A DNA stretch of 44,787 bases from a virus (IMGVR_UViG_3300031965_000057:1-44787), one strand, 5' to 3'. Shown: positions 17,681-27,041, numbered from the stretch's first letter. Program-made: numbers and translations. Notes: generated from the letters alone by a model not told the origin.

Positions 17681-19617
17681 TGGCTGACTGCACTGAACTT
17701 CAAGCCGCCGTCGCCGAGATCGCGTACATCTACGCCGGTAGTGAATTGCTGCCGAAAAATACCAGCGTTGTCGACTGGACAGTGGCCAAAGTGAGAAGCC
17801 ACTTCCCTGAACTCACACACGAAGAAATCACCGACGCTGTGACGGCCTATCAGGAGAGCAAGAGGGTCGCATCCGATCCTCTGGCCAAGCAGTTGGCGGC
17901 GTTCAAGACCTCGGCACAGGTCGAGCCGCGCCTCAAAACTCAACTGGACCGATTGGAAAATATACTGAAAGACTTGCCGGTGGAGCCGACCAGGCCTGCC
18001 GAGCGACGGGCCGCCGCGAAAGCCGTCAAACTGATGCGCGATATCGAACGCAACCTCAAATCCGACGTGCTCGCCAAGAAGCGCATCTCCGAAATCGAGA
18101 AGAAGATTAAGACAATGGACCTGTCGCTGGCCAATGTTCGCCGTGAAGGACCAAAGACCCGATTACAGGCGCAGCGCGACGAACTGAACAAGGAACTGGA
18201 TAAGCTGCGCGGCAACGAGCGCCGCAAGGTTGAATTGGGCCGGCAGATCGAAGATATGCTAAAGCAACTGCGCTCGGGCGTATTCAGCACGCCGGAAGCG
18301 AGGGCAAAGGCGGCTGTCGACGCAGAGACGCAGAAATTGTTGTTTGAGCGCGATCTGCTGAAAGCCAGGATCAATCAACGAATCCGCGACCTGTCGCCCT
18401 ACTCAATCAGCGACATATTGAACGCGCCAGGTTCGTTTATGAAACTGGCGATGACGACTTTGGACTTTAGTTTCATTGGTCGGCAAGGTGCCGGCGCATT
18501 ACTGACAGGTCAGTGGCGACTGGCCCGCGACGCTTTTATGTCACAGTTCAAGGTCTGGAAATCGGACGAAGCGCTGGCTCAACAGGTCGCTGATCTTTAT
18601 GATCGACCCAACGGACCCATCTATCGCAAGACCAAGCTGGAGTTTGCCGGGCACATGGAGGAATTGGAGGGCCGGTTTATTCAGCCTCTGCTGAACTGGA
18701 CACAATTATCGCGGTTCGACCGGGCATTCGCGGGTGCCGGCAACCGCCTGCGCGCCGACCTGTTCGACACGCTCTACTCTTCGCTGGGCGATAATCCGAC
18801 AATCGAAGAAGCCAACGACATCGCCCGACTTGTCGAAACCATGACGCTCAGAAGGCACGTAACGGGCGCGGAGAAGGCCAACATCGTCCTGTTCAGCGCA
18901 CGCGCCATGGCCAGCCGACTGGCGTGGATGACGTTTGAGCCGGTGTGGGGGCCGTTGGTAAAAGGAGCGTGGAGCGGCAAAGGTGCACGTTGGCGCAGTT
19001 CCCGTGTGGCGGCGAAACAGTACGGCCGTTATCTGATCGGGTCATTTGCGGTGTGGCTGTTAGGGGCCATGACAGGTATGTTGGGGAGCAAAGACCCGCG
19101 ATCCAGCGACTTTCTGAAACTCAAGGTGGGCAACACTCGCATCGACCCGTTTGCCGGGCTGACGCAGTACATCACCTTTGCAGCACGGATTGTGACGGGC
19201 GAGACGGTCCCTTCTCATGGCGAGCCGCGACCCACCCCATTGCGCGGACCTGACGTGAAGTTTGGAAAGCGTGAGATGTCCGACGTGATTTTCGATTTCA
19301 TCAACTCCAAACTGTCACCCATCGCCAGCCTTGCGTCTGAGGCGGTGCGCGATAAGGAGTTCGGCGGCGCTCCGTTCGACGTGCGCCGAGCGATGCTGAC
19401 ACGAACGATGCCGTTGATCCTGAACGATATTTACGAAGTGATGAAGGGTGAGGGGTTGGCGAAAGGAACGATTCTGTCGATTATGGCTTTGCTGGGAATT
19501 GGTGTGAATCACTACGAACAAGGTCAGTACGGGCACAGTGACAAGCTGCCCGACTTCATCATTCGTATGTTTGGCGGGACACCGAATCAGCTACGGCCAA
19601 AGCCCAAGAAGTATTGA
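17680..19617 (+). CDS. Probable internal virion / ejection protein 3 (large polyvalent-protein-like C-terminus)
   Basis: TGATG coupling; coiled coil, then hydrophobic helices and a DPRSSDFLKLKVGNTRIDPFAG motif seen at the ends of phage large internal proteins. Alternative start at 17674. Confidence 0.65.
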   Translation: MADCTELQAAVAEIAYIYAGSELLPKNTSVVDWTVAKVRSHFPELTHEEITDAVTAYQESKRVASDPLAKQLAAFKTSAQVEPRLKTQLDRLENILKDLPVEPTRPAERRAAAKAVKLMRDIERNLKSDVLAKKRISEIEKKIKTMDLSLANVRREGPKTRLQAQRDELNKELDKLRGNERRKVELGRQIEDMLKQLRSGVFSTPEARAKAAVDAETQKLLFERDLLKARINQRIRDLSPYSISDILNAPGSFMKLAMTTLDFSFIGRQGAGALLTGQWRLARDAFMSQFKVWKSDEALAQQVADLYDRPNGPIYRKTKLEFAGHMEELEGRFIQPLLNWTQLSRFDRAFAGAGNRLRADLFDTLYSSLGDNPTIEEANDIARLVETMTLRRHVTGAEKANIVLFSARAMASRLAWMTFEPVWGPLVKGAWSGKGARWRSSRVAAKQYGRYLIGSFAVWLLGAMTGMLGSKDPRSSDFLKLKVGNTRIDPFAGLTQYITFAARIVTGETVPSHGEPRPTPLRGPDVKFGKREMSDVIFDFINSKLSPIASLASEAVRDKEFGGAPFDVRRAMLTRTMPLILNDIYEVMKGEGLAKGTILSIMALLGIGVNHYEQGQYGHSDKLPDFIIRMFGGTPNQLRPKPKKY

Positions 19618-19620
19618 CCC

Positions 19621-21564
19621 TCACACCGCCCACAACACCCCATCCCTCTCCACGCTCGCCGGGCTGAACAGATAGTTTGCCTTGATCCCCAGCCTCTGCA
19701 TCGCCGCGTCGTGACGCTTCCTCAACAACGGATGAATCCCGCCGCTGCGGCCGTTGCCGTCGTCGTCGAAGACCGGCAGGTTCGGGTTGTACGCAAGGGC
19801 GCTTTCCAGACTGGTCATCGCCAGCCCGCTGCGCAACTCTGTCGCCAAGCCGTCGCATCCCACCAGGTTGAGCGTGCGGATGCCGCAGAACCACGCAAAG
19901 TGGATCGCCGGCAACATGCTGCTGCCGTACTGGTAAAGCATCCTCGACTCCGCCAACTCGTTCGCCGACTGGGCCAGCCGAAACCAGTTGCCGCCTTTGA
20001 CCGAAGTGGGACCGCCGCCGGCGCCGGGGGCGACGTGCTTGAACATCACCAGCCGCTTGATGCCCGCCGCCTCGTGCGGTTCCAGAAACCCCATCATCAC
20101 GACCGACTTGCACCGATAAGCCCAGTCCTTGAACTTTCGCCACTCCAGCGAGATGCCGAAGCTGTCGTCGTGGGCGACGTACCGCTCCCAGTCGATCGCC
20201 TCGTTGATGAACCAGATCGGGTCCGTGACTTGCCGCAACGCTTCGGGGTCGAACGGCGTCGGGCCACGCCCGATGATCCACCCTTCCCGACCGGCATACT
20301 TGTCCTTGAACGACGGGAATGGAATCAGGTGGGTCCGTCCGTCGTGCTGCTGTCTGCGATCGCACCCCCCGACGCACGGAACGCCCAGGCCGGGCAATCG
20401 CTTCTTGCCGAGGTTGCACAGTCCATGCACGGCGCAGTGGAAGGTTTTGACCTTCACCGTCCCGCCGCAAGTGGGGCAGTCGACCTCTTTCTGGAACGGA
20501 CCGCGGAACACGCAGGGCGGATTCAACTGGAACGGCGGCGGGGGTTCATCAGGTAGCGTCAACACGGGCTGCGCCGGGGCGACATAGGTCTCCAGCCACT
20601 TGCGGCGGCGTTGCAGTTCCTCCCCCAGCCAGTCCGGCATGGGCTGATCGGTCTTGACAGGCAGAAGGCCCGTGGCTTGACCAGGATGGCCCGTGCACTG
20701 CGTTTCCACCAGAACCCGGTTAAACCCCTCCCCGTCGAAGCGGGCCGCAGGAAGGCCATCCCAGGGGATTGCAAGGGCAAGCGTGGGGTCCAACAGGAGA
20801 TCGTCCGCCTGAGCGTCCACCGCTCGCCAGCGGTCCAGCACGGCCGCAGGCGTCCCCACGTACTCCCACGTCACCCCCAGCCGACCCAACACCAAGGTCT
20901 GCTCCTGGCGGAACCGGCGGAATCTGTCCCGGCCGACCGGATCGTCGATCCGCTGGCCTGTCCGATTGGTCAATCGAGGATCGTAGTCCACCGCCAGCCC
21001 GTCACAGCCGACGAACCGGACGTGCTTGGCCCCCAGGTACCACGCCAGATGGCAGGCGGGCACGGACGTACCGCCGAAGTGTTCCCGACCCCGGTAGAGC
21101 ATTCCGCCTTCCGCAACGCTATGGCGCGTCCCGTAGAGCAGTTGCGTCACACCCTTCTGGCTGTTTCGCCAAGTGCACAATTGCGGCAACACCCTCAGTT
21201 CATCCTCGCGGCCCCGCCAGTATCCGCCCAACGGAAGGACCGCCGTGCCGTGGACGAATGGGAAGTATGCCTTCTGCCGGTCGTCCTGGGCGATGAAGTA
21301 GGACCGATCCGCCGCGACGTGCCTGTCCATGTCGACCGCCATGTTGATGAAGATCGCGGGATTGCCATCGGCGAGCTTCTCATAGTCGAAGTCGGTCTTA
21401 CCGGCGCCGACGATCCAGAGGGTCGAGTCGGGATGCCTGTTCATCAGCGACGAGAACGGAATCGTGGCCAGTGATGGCCCTCCGCCGCGTCGCTGATTAT
21501 TGATGGACGCGATCCACTGCTGGCGCGTCCGCCCTTGCTGTTGCGCTTCGGTCCAGGAGATCAT
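19621..21564 (-). CDS. Tandem DUF115/MptE/Maf-like (sialyltransferase-like fold) domains around a Cys-rich module
   Basis: Two copies of W[IV][IV]GxGxT...IxxIN...[ST]SxxPAxHxAWxxGxxxxxxVGCDG, with CPTC...CAVHGLC...CVGGC between them. Start set at ATG 21564 (ATGA overlap); the upstream part of the tracked ORF is shadow of the neighbouring gene. Confidence 0.7.
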   Translation of the reverse strand: MISWTEAQQQGRTRQQWIASINNQRRGGGPSLATIPFSSLMNRHPDSTLWIVGAGKTDFDYEKLADGNPAIFINMAVDMDRHVAADRSYFIAQDDRQKAYFPFVHGTAVLPLGGYWRGREDELRVLPQLCTWRNSQKGVTQLLYGTRHSVAEGGMLYRGREHFGGTSVPACHLAWYLGAKHVRFVGCDGLAVDYDPRLTNRTGQRIDDPVGRDRFRRFRQEQTLVLGRLGVTWEYVGTPAAVLDRWRAVDAQADDLLLDPTLALAIPWDGLPAARFDGEGFNRVLVETQCTGHPGQATGLLPVKTDQPMPDWLGEELQRRRKWLETYVAPAQPVLTLPDEPPPPFQLNPPCVFRGPFQKEVDCPTCGGTVKVKTFHCAVHGLCNLGKKRLPGLGVPCVGGCDRRQQHDGRTHLIPFPSFKDKYAGREGWIIGRGPTPFDPEALRQVTDPIWFINEAIDWERYVAHDDSFGISLEWRKFKDWAYRCKSVVMMGFLEPHEAAGIKRLVMFKHVAPGAGGGPTSVKGGNWFRLAQSANELAESRMLYQYGSSMLPAIHFAWFCGIRTLNLVGCDGLATELRSGLAMTSLESALAYNPNLPVFDDDGNGRSGGIHPLLRKRHDAAMQRLGIKANYLFSPASVERDGVLWAV

Positions 21565-23372
21565 TGGTATGCAATCACAAGAGTTGCGGGCAGGGCGTTG
21601 CAGGCCGAAACCGCCGGATCGGTGTGGTTGATCGCGCCCGCGTTGGTTTCCAGCGTGTAGGTTCCGGCGGGAGTTTGGCCCGTCGTTTTCTTGTAGATTA
21701 TTGACCTGGTTCCGAACGGTGAGCCGGCCAGAATCAATAGAAACATCCAGTAGTCGCCGTCCACGTCGCTTTCCAACGTGACCGCTGCGCCCGCGCCGTT
21801 GACTGAAATCGTCAATGTTTCGCCGGCGCTCGTCGCAGTGACGTATAGCTTGAGCGTCCCCGCATCGTCCCACACGCAAGCGCCGACATAGCGATTCATC
21901 TTCCCGTCCCACAGGGGCGAGTTGGTGACGGATGTTCCGTCCACGCATCCGCTGCCCGGATCGTATTGAACGATTCCGAAGAAACTGCCGGCGGCGCCAT
22001 TGTCGAAGTAACCTTGAATCTGAATGGCGCCGGTCGGCACGTCGGCCGGGCAGGTGCCCGACGTGGCGCATTCACCGAGCGTCAGCGTCGGTGCCGGCGC
22101 ATCGCCGTCTTCAACCGTCCAGCCGGACAGGGGCGGGCAACTGCTTTTTGGTGCTGAATTGAGATAGGCCTGTGATGAGACGGCGCCTTGAATCTCCCAT
22201 CGCGGCGTGGTTTCAGCATCGTCATAATGAATCACGCCCACGCCGACGCCCAACTCGTGCACCCAAAAATCCAGCGCGGCGTCGTACAGGTACGTGCCGT
22301 TCACAGCGGAAGTCCCGGCGCCCGCCACGCATAACGCGGTGCAACGGTCGCAGTTTTCATCGTGGCAGCTTCGCCGGTAGTTGATCGTCGTCGCCTGGGT
22401 CTCAAGGTTTCCCGTTATGCCGCGCTGCTCGATCTTGTAGCAAACGCCGGCCCCGTCAAGCTGGATGGTTGGATCGTCGACCGGGCCGTTGTCGTAGACG
22501 CTGGGATTCAGGTAAATGAACACGCCCGTCTCGGCGCAGTCCTGCCACTTGTCCAGCGTGTCGCCGGAATCGCCGTAATCGCCCGGCGTGGTCCCGGAGT
22601 CACAGCAGCAACCGGTTTTGCGCCGCGTGAACCGGGCCTTCGTGGTCAGGTTGACGTAGGTGACGATCAGGTCGCCCGTGCCGTCACCGGCGCACTGCAC
22701 GTCCACCACGACTTCGCCGTCGAACGGAACGCCGGGGTCGGGATCGGTGGGATGCGTCCCTGAATCTGATTCCGATGCCGACGCTGATTCCGACAAGCCG
22801 TGACAACCGGCGCATGAGTCGAAGACCAGCTTGTTAGTGTACGGGGTCAGGTCGTGAATGACGTTCAACTCGACCAGCTTGTAGCAGATGCCGTTGCCGT
22901 CCAACTCCACGACGGTATCAAACCCAAAGCCAAGATCGGCGATGAAAGCGGACAGATAAATATCCGGCTCGGCTCCGCCGTTGCAGTCCTCGTAGCGGTC
23001 CACCGTCAACGGCGGCGGCGGCGTGATCGGCATCATCGACTTGCGCACTTCATCGACATCAATCCACAGGTTGACCTTGTTGCCCACGCGCTCGATGCAG
23101 ATGTTCTGATCGGTGAAGATTTCTATCTGGTCCTTCTCCGAACCCATCTTCGACTTCTCCAACTGCTGAAGCCGATGCACCGTCGTCTGGTGCAGTCTCA
23201 CCATCATGTCGGCGATCTGCTGGGGCGTCATCCGCGCCAGCGCTTCGCCGTCGACGGAAATGCCGGGGGAACCGGGGGCACCGGGGGCGCCGGAAATGCC
23301 GGGGGAACCGGGGGCACCGGGGGCGCCGGAAATGCCGGGGGGGCCGGGGTTGTCCTTAAAATCCTTATCCAT
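21561..23372 (-). CDS. Cys-rich virion protein (tail fibre/spike-like) with N-terminal collagen-like repeat
   Basis: G-X-Y repeats, duplicated Cys module, beta-rich Gly/Thr C-terminus; lies in the structural operon. Confidence 0.6.
   Translation of the reverse strand: MDKDFKDNPGPPGISGAPGAPGSPGISGAPGAPGSPGISVDGEALARMTPQQIADMMVRLHQTTVHRLQQLEKSKMGSEKDQIEIFTDQNICIERVGNKVNLWIDVDEVRKSMMPITPPPPLTVDRYEDCNGGAEPDIYLSAFIADLGFGFDTVVELDGNGICYKLVELNVIHDLTPYTNKLVFDSCAGCHGLSESASASESDSGTHPTDPDPGVPFDGEVVVDVQCAGDGTGDLIVTYVNLTTKARFTRRKTGCCCDSGTTPGDYGDSGDTLDKWQDCAETGVFIYLNPSVYDNGPVDDPTIQLDGAGVCYKIEQRGITGNLETQATTINYRRSCHDENCDRCTALCVAGAGTSAVNGTYLYDAALDFWVHELGVGVGVIHYDDAETTPRWEIQGAVSSQAYLNSAPKSSCPPLSGWTVEDGDAPAPTLTLGECATSGTCPADVPTGAIQIQGYFDNGAAGSFFGIVQYDPGSGCVDGTSVTNSPLWDGKMNRYVGACVWDDAGTLKLYVTATSAGETLTISVNGAGAAVTLESDVDGDYWMFLLILAGSPFGTRSIIYKKTTGQTPAGTYTLETNAGAINHTDPAVSACNALPATLVIAYQ
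23255..23341 (-). repeat. 36-bp tandem repeat (about 2.4 copies) encoding collagen-like GAPGAPGSPGIS
   Basis: cggaaatgccgggggaaccgggggcaccgggggcgc at 23255 and 23291, partial copy at 23327. Confidence 0.9.
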
Positions 23373-24621
23373 AGCAGTTGGGCACGAAGTCTGACAGGGC
23401 CGTCATGGCGACACGCTCGTACTGGAAAACATTCTCGTATCCGCTTTCCAGGTGGTAACCGGCCAAACTCTGGTTGCCTTCCAGTTCATTAGCCACGCTG
23501 CGGATGCAGGTGATGCGCCCGCCGATCCAGCCGCCGTCCTTCTGGCTGAACTGCACGTAGCCGGAGAACTTGGTCACACCGTCCGCACGGGTCGGATTCG
23601 CATCCACATCGTCCCAGCGCACTTCTCCGGCCGGGTAGCTGGTCCCGTTGGGAAACGTGTACGTCGCGTTGTTGATCTTGCCCGGATGGCCCGGCGCTGG
23701 CTCAGAGTCCCACACGCCGGGCCAGCGATACACCCGTAGCGGCACGCGGCGCTTCATCGTGGGAACGATGGTGACTGGAAACGAATCGCACACTTCCGCG
23801 TTCACGCCGGGCGCGATTATGTCCCCGGCGCTGGTGGTCAGCATGTCGTCGATGAACCCGATGCTCAGGATCGGCGCAGCGGGCGAGCAGTCCCAGGGAC
23901 CCAGCCCGTACTCCAGCGTGCCGGTCATCACACCGTAGCCGGCGGACTCGCACGTCACGCGCAGCAGGCTCAGGCCCTTGAAGGTTTGCGTCGACGGATG
24001 CACCTGCCCGACCACCAGGCCGATCACGTCGTCAGGGTCCACCGAAGTTTCGTCGATCCCGTTTACGATGAAGGGCCGGACAATCGCATCGACCCGCTCG
24101 TCCTGATAGCCGCGCACCACGCGCCACTTCCTGCCGTCCACAAGGTCATTGTCGGCGAAGTAGGTCCACGACCCGCTGTCGCTGGCGCTGATGCTGTAAC
24201 TCTGCTGGCTCAGTTGGATCGTCCCAGAGAATCGGCCGACGATCGTGTACGGGATATTGCCGTCCCGCGTCTCGGCGCGCCAGTCTGGTGAGGCGCTTTC
24301 GATCATCAAATCGCCGAGGTATTCGCGATCGGTGCCCAGCTTGATCCGCACGTTTTTCAGCAGGGCGCCGTCCACCATCTGTTTCAGAGCGTCCTTCTGA
24401 TTGCCGTCCGAGTAGATGCCCTGGATGGTGACCGTGCCGTAGACCAGACGTGAGGCCAGGAAAGAGGTGAAGCGAACGCCGAACGGCCGGTACTCGCGCA
24501 GCGGCTGGACGAATCGGGGGATGATCCGTTCCGGCCGCAGACTAACCTTGCTGCCGCCGAGGCCGATCTCCCCGCCGGCAATACCGCCGCCGCGTGGATG
24601 GAGGTTTCCGGGGTCAGCCAT
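23365..24621 (-). CDS. Putative tail/structural protein
   Basis: 418-aa beta-rich ORF immediately after the adaptor gene. Confidence 0.55.
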   Translation of the reverse strand: MADPGNLHPRGGGIAGGEIGLGGSKVSLRPERIIPRFVQPLREYRPFGVRFTSFLASRLVYGTVTIQGIYSDGNQKDALKQMVDGALLKNVRIKLGTDREYLGDLMIESASPDWRAETRDGNIPYTIVGRFSGTIQLSQQSYSISASDSGSWTYFADNDLVDGRKWRVVRGYQDERVDAIVRPFIVNGIDETSVDPDDVIGLVVGQVHPSTQTFKGLSLLRVTCESAGYGVMTGTLEYGLGPWDCSPAAPILSIGFIDDMLTTSAGDIIAPGVNAEVCDSFPVTIVPTMKRRVPLRVYRWPGVWDSEPAPGHPGKINNATYTFPNGTSYPAGEVRWDDVDANPTRADGVTKFSGYVQFSQKDGGWIGGRITCIRSVANELEGNQSLAGYHLESGYENVFQYERVAMTALSDFVPNCYG

Positions 24622-24624
24622 AGG

Positions 24625-25506
24625 TCACAGCCTGCGGACGTAGGGATAGTCCGTATGATCGCGGAATGCGAGTTCGTCCTTGACGCCGACCCCCTCGGCG
24701 ACGATCAGCCGACCGCGGATCGCGTCCTTCAGTTCACGCCACATTTCAGCGCGCCGCTGGCCGTCGCCGGTAGACGGCTCGGCTTTGCTGGCGGCGCCGG
24801 GGTCGATCACCGCCAGAAGCACGCTCAGCGGCAGGTCAATGTCGGGGTCTTCAACGCCCGCGATCCATTCCGTCACCGGCTCATCCTGAATCACGTCCAT
24901 CTTCCACGCCGAGGTCGGCACGGGGTAAAGAAAGGCGTACTGGCGGTTCAGCACGCCGACGCTGGTGGGCTTGCCGCGCTGCACGTTGGCGTCACGAACG
25001 TAAGGGTTCAGCGGGTCCAGCACGCGGTTGTCAGAGTCGCCCAGCAGCCGCGCCACCGTCTCATAGGTCTTGAGTTCGATGACGTTGCCGCGCTTCCAGT
25101 TGCGAAGTTCCCACACCGACCGCCCGCCTTCCGTGCCCGGCTCGTTGGATGCGCTGGACGTATGTGCCGTGGTGGCGGCGTAGAAATAACTGTCGGGATC
25201 GCCGTCGCCCTTCACCAGATCGCCGACCACGTAAGCGACCGAGGCGCCGGACCATGTGCCCTGATCGGTGTAGGCGATTTCACAGCGGACGATGCGGTTG
25301 GGGTCGAAACCGGCGATCGTGCTCAGGTCCACCTGCGGGTTATCGACCAACATGGTGACCGTGCCGATGGCCCGATCGACGCGAGCCTTGATGTCCAGAT
25401 CGTGGAACGCCATCTGGAGGTAGTAATCAAGGTCGGTCGAACTGTAACTCTGGTCCCCGCGCTGTAGCGCGGTCGCCAGTCGGGTTCTCATTTCAGAGAC
25501 TTGCAT
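24625..25506 (-). CDS. Putative head-tail adaptor with an inserted carbohydrate-binding-like module
   Basis: MRTRLATALQ...LDYYLQMAFHDL, GKPT and LYPVP adaptor motifs; insert WSGASVAYVVGDLV...YAATTAHTS...PG...W resembles CBM5/12. Confidence 0.65.
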   Translation of the reverse strand: MQVSEMRTRLATALQRGDQSYSSTDLDYYLQMAFHDLDIKARVDRAIGTVTMLVDNPQVDLSTIAGFDPNRIVRCEIAYTDQGTWSGASVAYVVGDLVKGDGDPDSYFYAATTAHTSSASNEPGTEGGRSVWELRNWKRGNVIELKTYETVARLLGDSDNRVLDPLNPYVRDANVQRGKPTSVGVLNRQYAFLYPVPTSAWKMDVIQDEPVTEWIAGVEDPDIDLPLSVLLAVIDPGAASKAEPSTGDGQRRAEMWRELKDAIRGRLIVAEGVGVKDELAFRDHTDYPYVRRL

Positions 25507-25510
25507 CGGA

Positions 25511-25780
25511 TCAGAAGCCTTGGATGGTCAGGAAGCCGGTCAGCGCGCTGGAGGCGTTGTCGCTTTCGATCGTCGCGTCACCGCTGAAAAAGCCTGTGTC
25601 GCTGGGCGTGCCGACCACGGCAAGGCTCTCCGCCACGGAGGACGATGCTCCGTACTGCACCAGTCCGACCGGATACCAGCGCTTCAGCTTCGTCCCGATC
25701 GTCGCGGTTCCAGACGCCAGCGTGAACGAGTGCGTCTCCTGCTGAATCTGGCCCTGAATCTGAACTTGATTGACCAACAT
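25511..25780 (-). CDS. Putative capsid decoration protein
   Basis: 89-aa beta-rich ORF right after the capsid gene; GGGAG ribosome-binding site. Confidence 0.55.
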   Translation of the reverse strand: MLVNQVQIQGQIQQETHSFTLASGTATIGTKLKRWYPVGLVQYGASSSVAESLAVVGTPSDTGFFSGDATIESDNASSALTGFLTIQGF

Positions 25781-25800
25781 GGGAATATCTCCCTTGGTTT

Positions 25801-25871
25801 GTGAAAGAAAAGTGCCAAAACGTGAAAGAAAAGTGCCGGGCGGGGAGTGCTCAATTTTCTTCCCGCCCGGC
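25801..25871 (-). terminator. Intrinsic terminator after the capsid gene, with a duplicated 16-bp U-tract segment
   Basis: On the minus strand, stem gccgggcggga...tccccgcccggc then acttttctttc. gtgaaagaaaagtgcc occurs at 25801-25816 and 25822-25837. Confidence 0.7.
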
Positions 25872-25883
25872 GACAGTCACGGA

Positions 25884-27041
25884 TCAGCCCGACAGGTCGG
25901 TGTACAGCACCTGGTTCTTGGGATCGAAGCAGCCGAATCGGTACATGACGGTGATGAGGCTGCGCCTCGCGTCGTACCCGCCCGACGAGTACTGGGAGAT
26001 ATCAATGAACGGGCCGACGTTGAAGTTCTCGCCTTCCTGCGTCTCGAAGAACCAGTCGCCGATGTTGAAGAACACGGCGGCGCGGGACAGGTCGACGGCA
26101 CCGGACTCGCTCAGCAGCGTCGAGTAGTTCTGCAATCCGGGGTCGTAGGTGATGACCGTGTTGCCGTAGGCGAGGGCCTCGTTCTTGATGCCGTACCGCG
26201 CGGCGATCGGATTGCCGTCCATGACGATCGACCCCAGGCCCTTGGTAGTGGCCTCGGCCTTCAACGTCAGGTAGTCGGTCGCGTTGACCAGCCCGAAGTT
26301 GACGCCGCGCGTCGACTTGTTGCGGATGCCCTGTGTGACGTTCGCGTTGTCCACGATGTTCAGCGCGGCCGGCGTGGCTGAGGTGACGCGGTGGCTGAGG
26401 AAGTACCCGTTGGCGGTGCGATCCAGACCGTACAGGGTGTTGGTCGTCGAACACACGTCGTTGACGCTCGGCTGCTCGCTCCAGATCGCCGCCGTCTGGT
26501 CGGACGGGCTGCCCTGCCACAGTTCGTTAATCAGGTGGTCGAGCAGGTCCTGCATCGCAATGCCCATCGCATGGTCCATCACGTTGCTGATCTTGAACTT
26601 GCCGCGCGACAGGCGCACGGCGTTGTTCCAGATGAGGCATTCCACCTGCTTCAGCGAGAAGTTCAGGTAGGTCATCTTCTCCTTCTGGTCCTGCGAATTG
26701 GTCGTCGGGGCGGAAAGGGCCGCCGACGTATCGCGCACGGTCAGGTTCTTGACATCGCCGCTGGTGCCGGTGTGCACGCTCCAGGAGGCGGTCAGCGAAC
26801 CGCGGATGCTCATCTTCTGGGCGTAGGTGAGATTGCCGCCGCCGATGAAGGTGGACTTGACGCTGCCGGGCGTTTCCTTGTCGCCCTTGGGCCGAAGTTC
26901 CCGGTCGGAACCGGGCTGCGCCGTCATGGCGCTGAGCAGCGGGCTGAAAGTGTACTGTTCGGAAACGAACTTGGGGATGAACTTTTCGGACGCATACGCC
27001 GTGAGGGCGGCGGCCGTTCGGATTCCGGTGATGTCTGCCAT
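25884..27041 (-). CDS. Major capsid protein
   Basis: 385 aa, follows portal and scaffold; SPLL N-terminus, ELWQG, LYGLDRTANGYF, ITYDP, C-terminal FGCFDPKNQ; strong codon bias; terminator follows. Confidence 0.8.
   Translation of the reverse strand: MADITGIRTAAALTAYASEKFIPKFVSEQYTFSPLLSAMTAQPGSDRELRPKGDKETPGSVKSTFIGGGNLTYAQKMSIRGSLTASWSVHTGTSGDVKNLTVRDTSAALSAPTTNSQDQKEKMTYLNFSLKQVECLIWNNAVRLSRGKFKISNVMDHAMGIAMQDLLDHLINELWQGSPSDQTAAIWSEQPSVNDVCSTTNTLYGLDRTANGYFLSHRVTSATPAALNIVDNANVTQGIRNKSTRGVNFGLVNATDYLTLKAEATTKGLGSIVMDGNPIAARYGIKNEALAYGNTVITYDPGLQNYSTLLSESGAVDLSRAAVFFNIGDWFFETQEGENFNVGPFIDISQYSSGGYDARRSLITVMYRFGCFDPKNQVLYTDLSG

Noticed and set aside
17656-17682. Programmed -1 frameshift or stop readthrough fusing the two large proteins
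   Set aside because: The shared open window is only about 20 nt and has no slippery heptamer. TGATG coupling explains the junction, and TGA is an ordinary stop elsewhere in the genome.
21565-22071. N-terminal 169 aa of the tracked 816-aa ORF
   Set aside because: It is Arg-rich off-frame sequence fully overlapping the 21561-23372 gene; the ATGA-coupled start at 21564 is more plausible.
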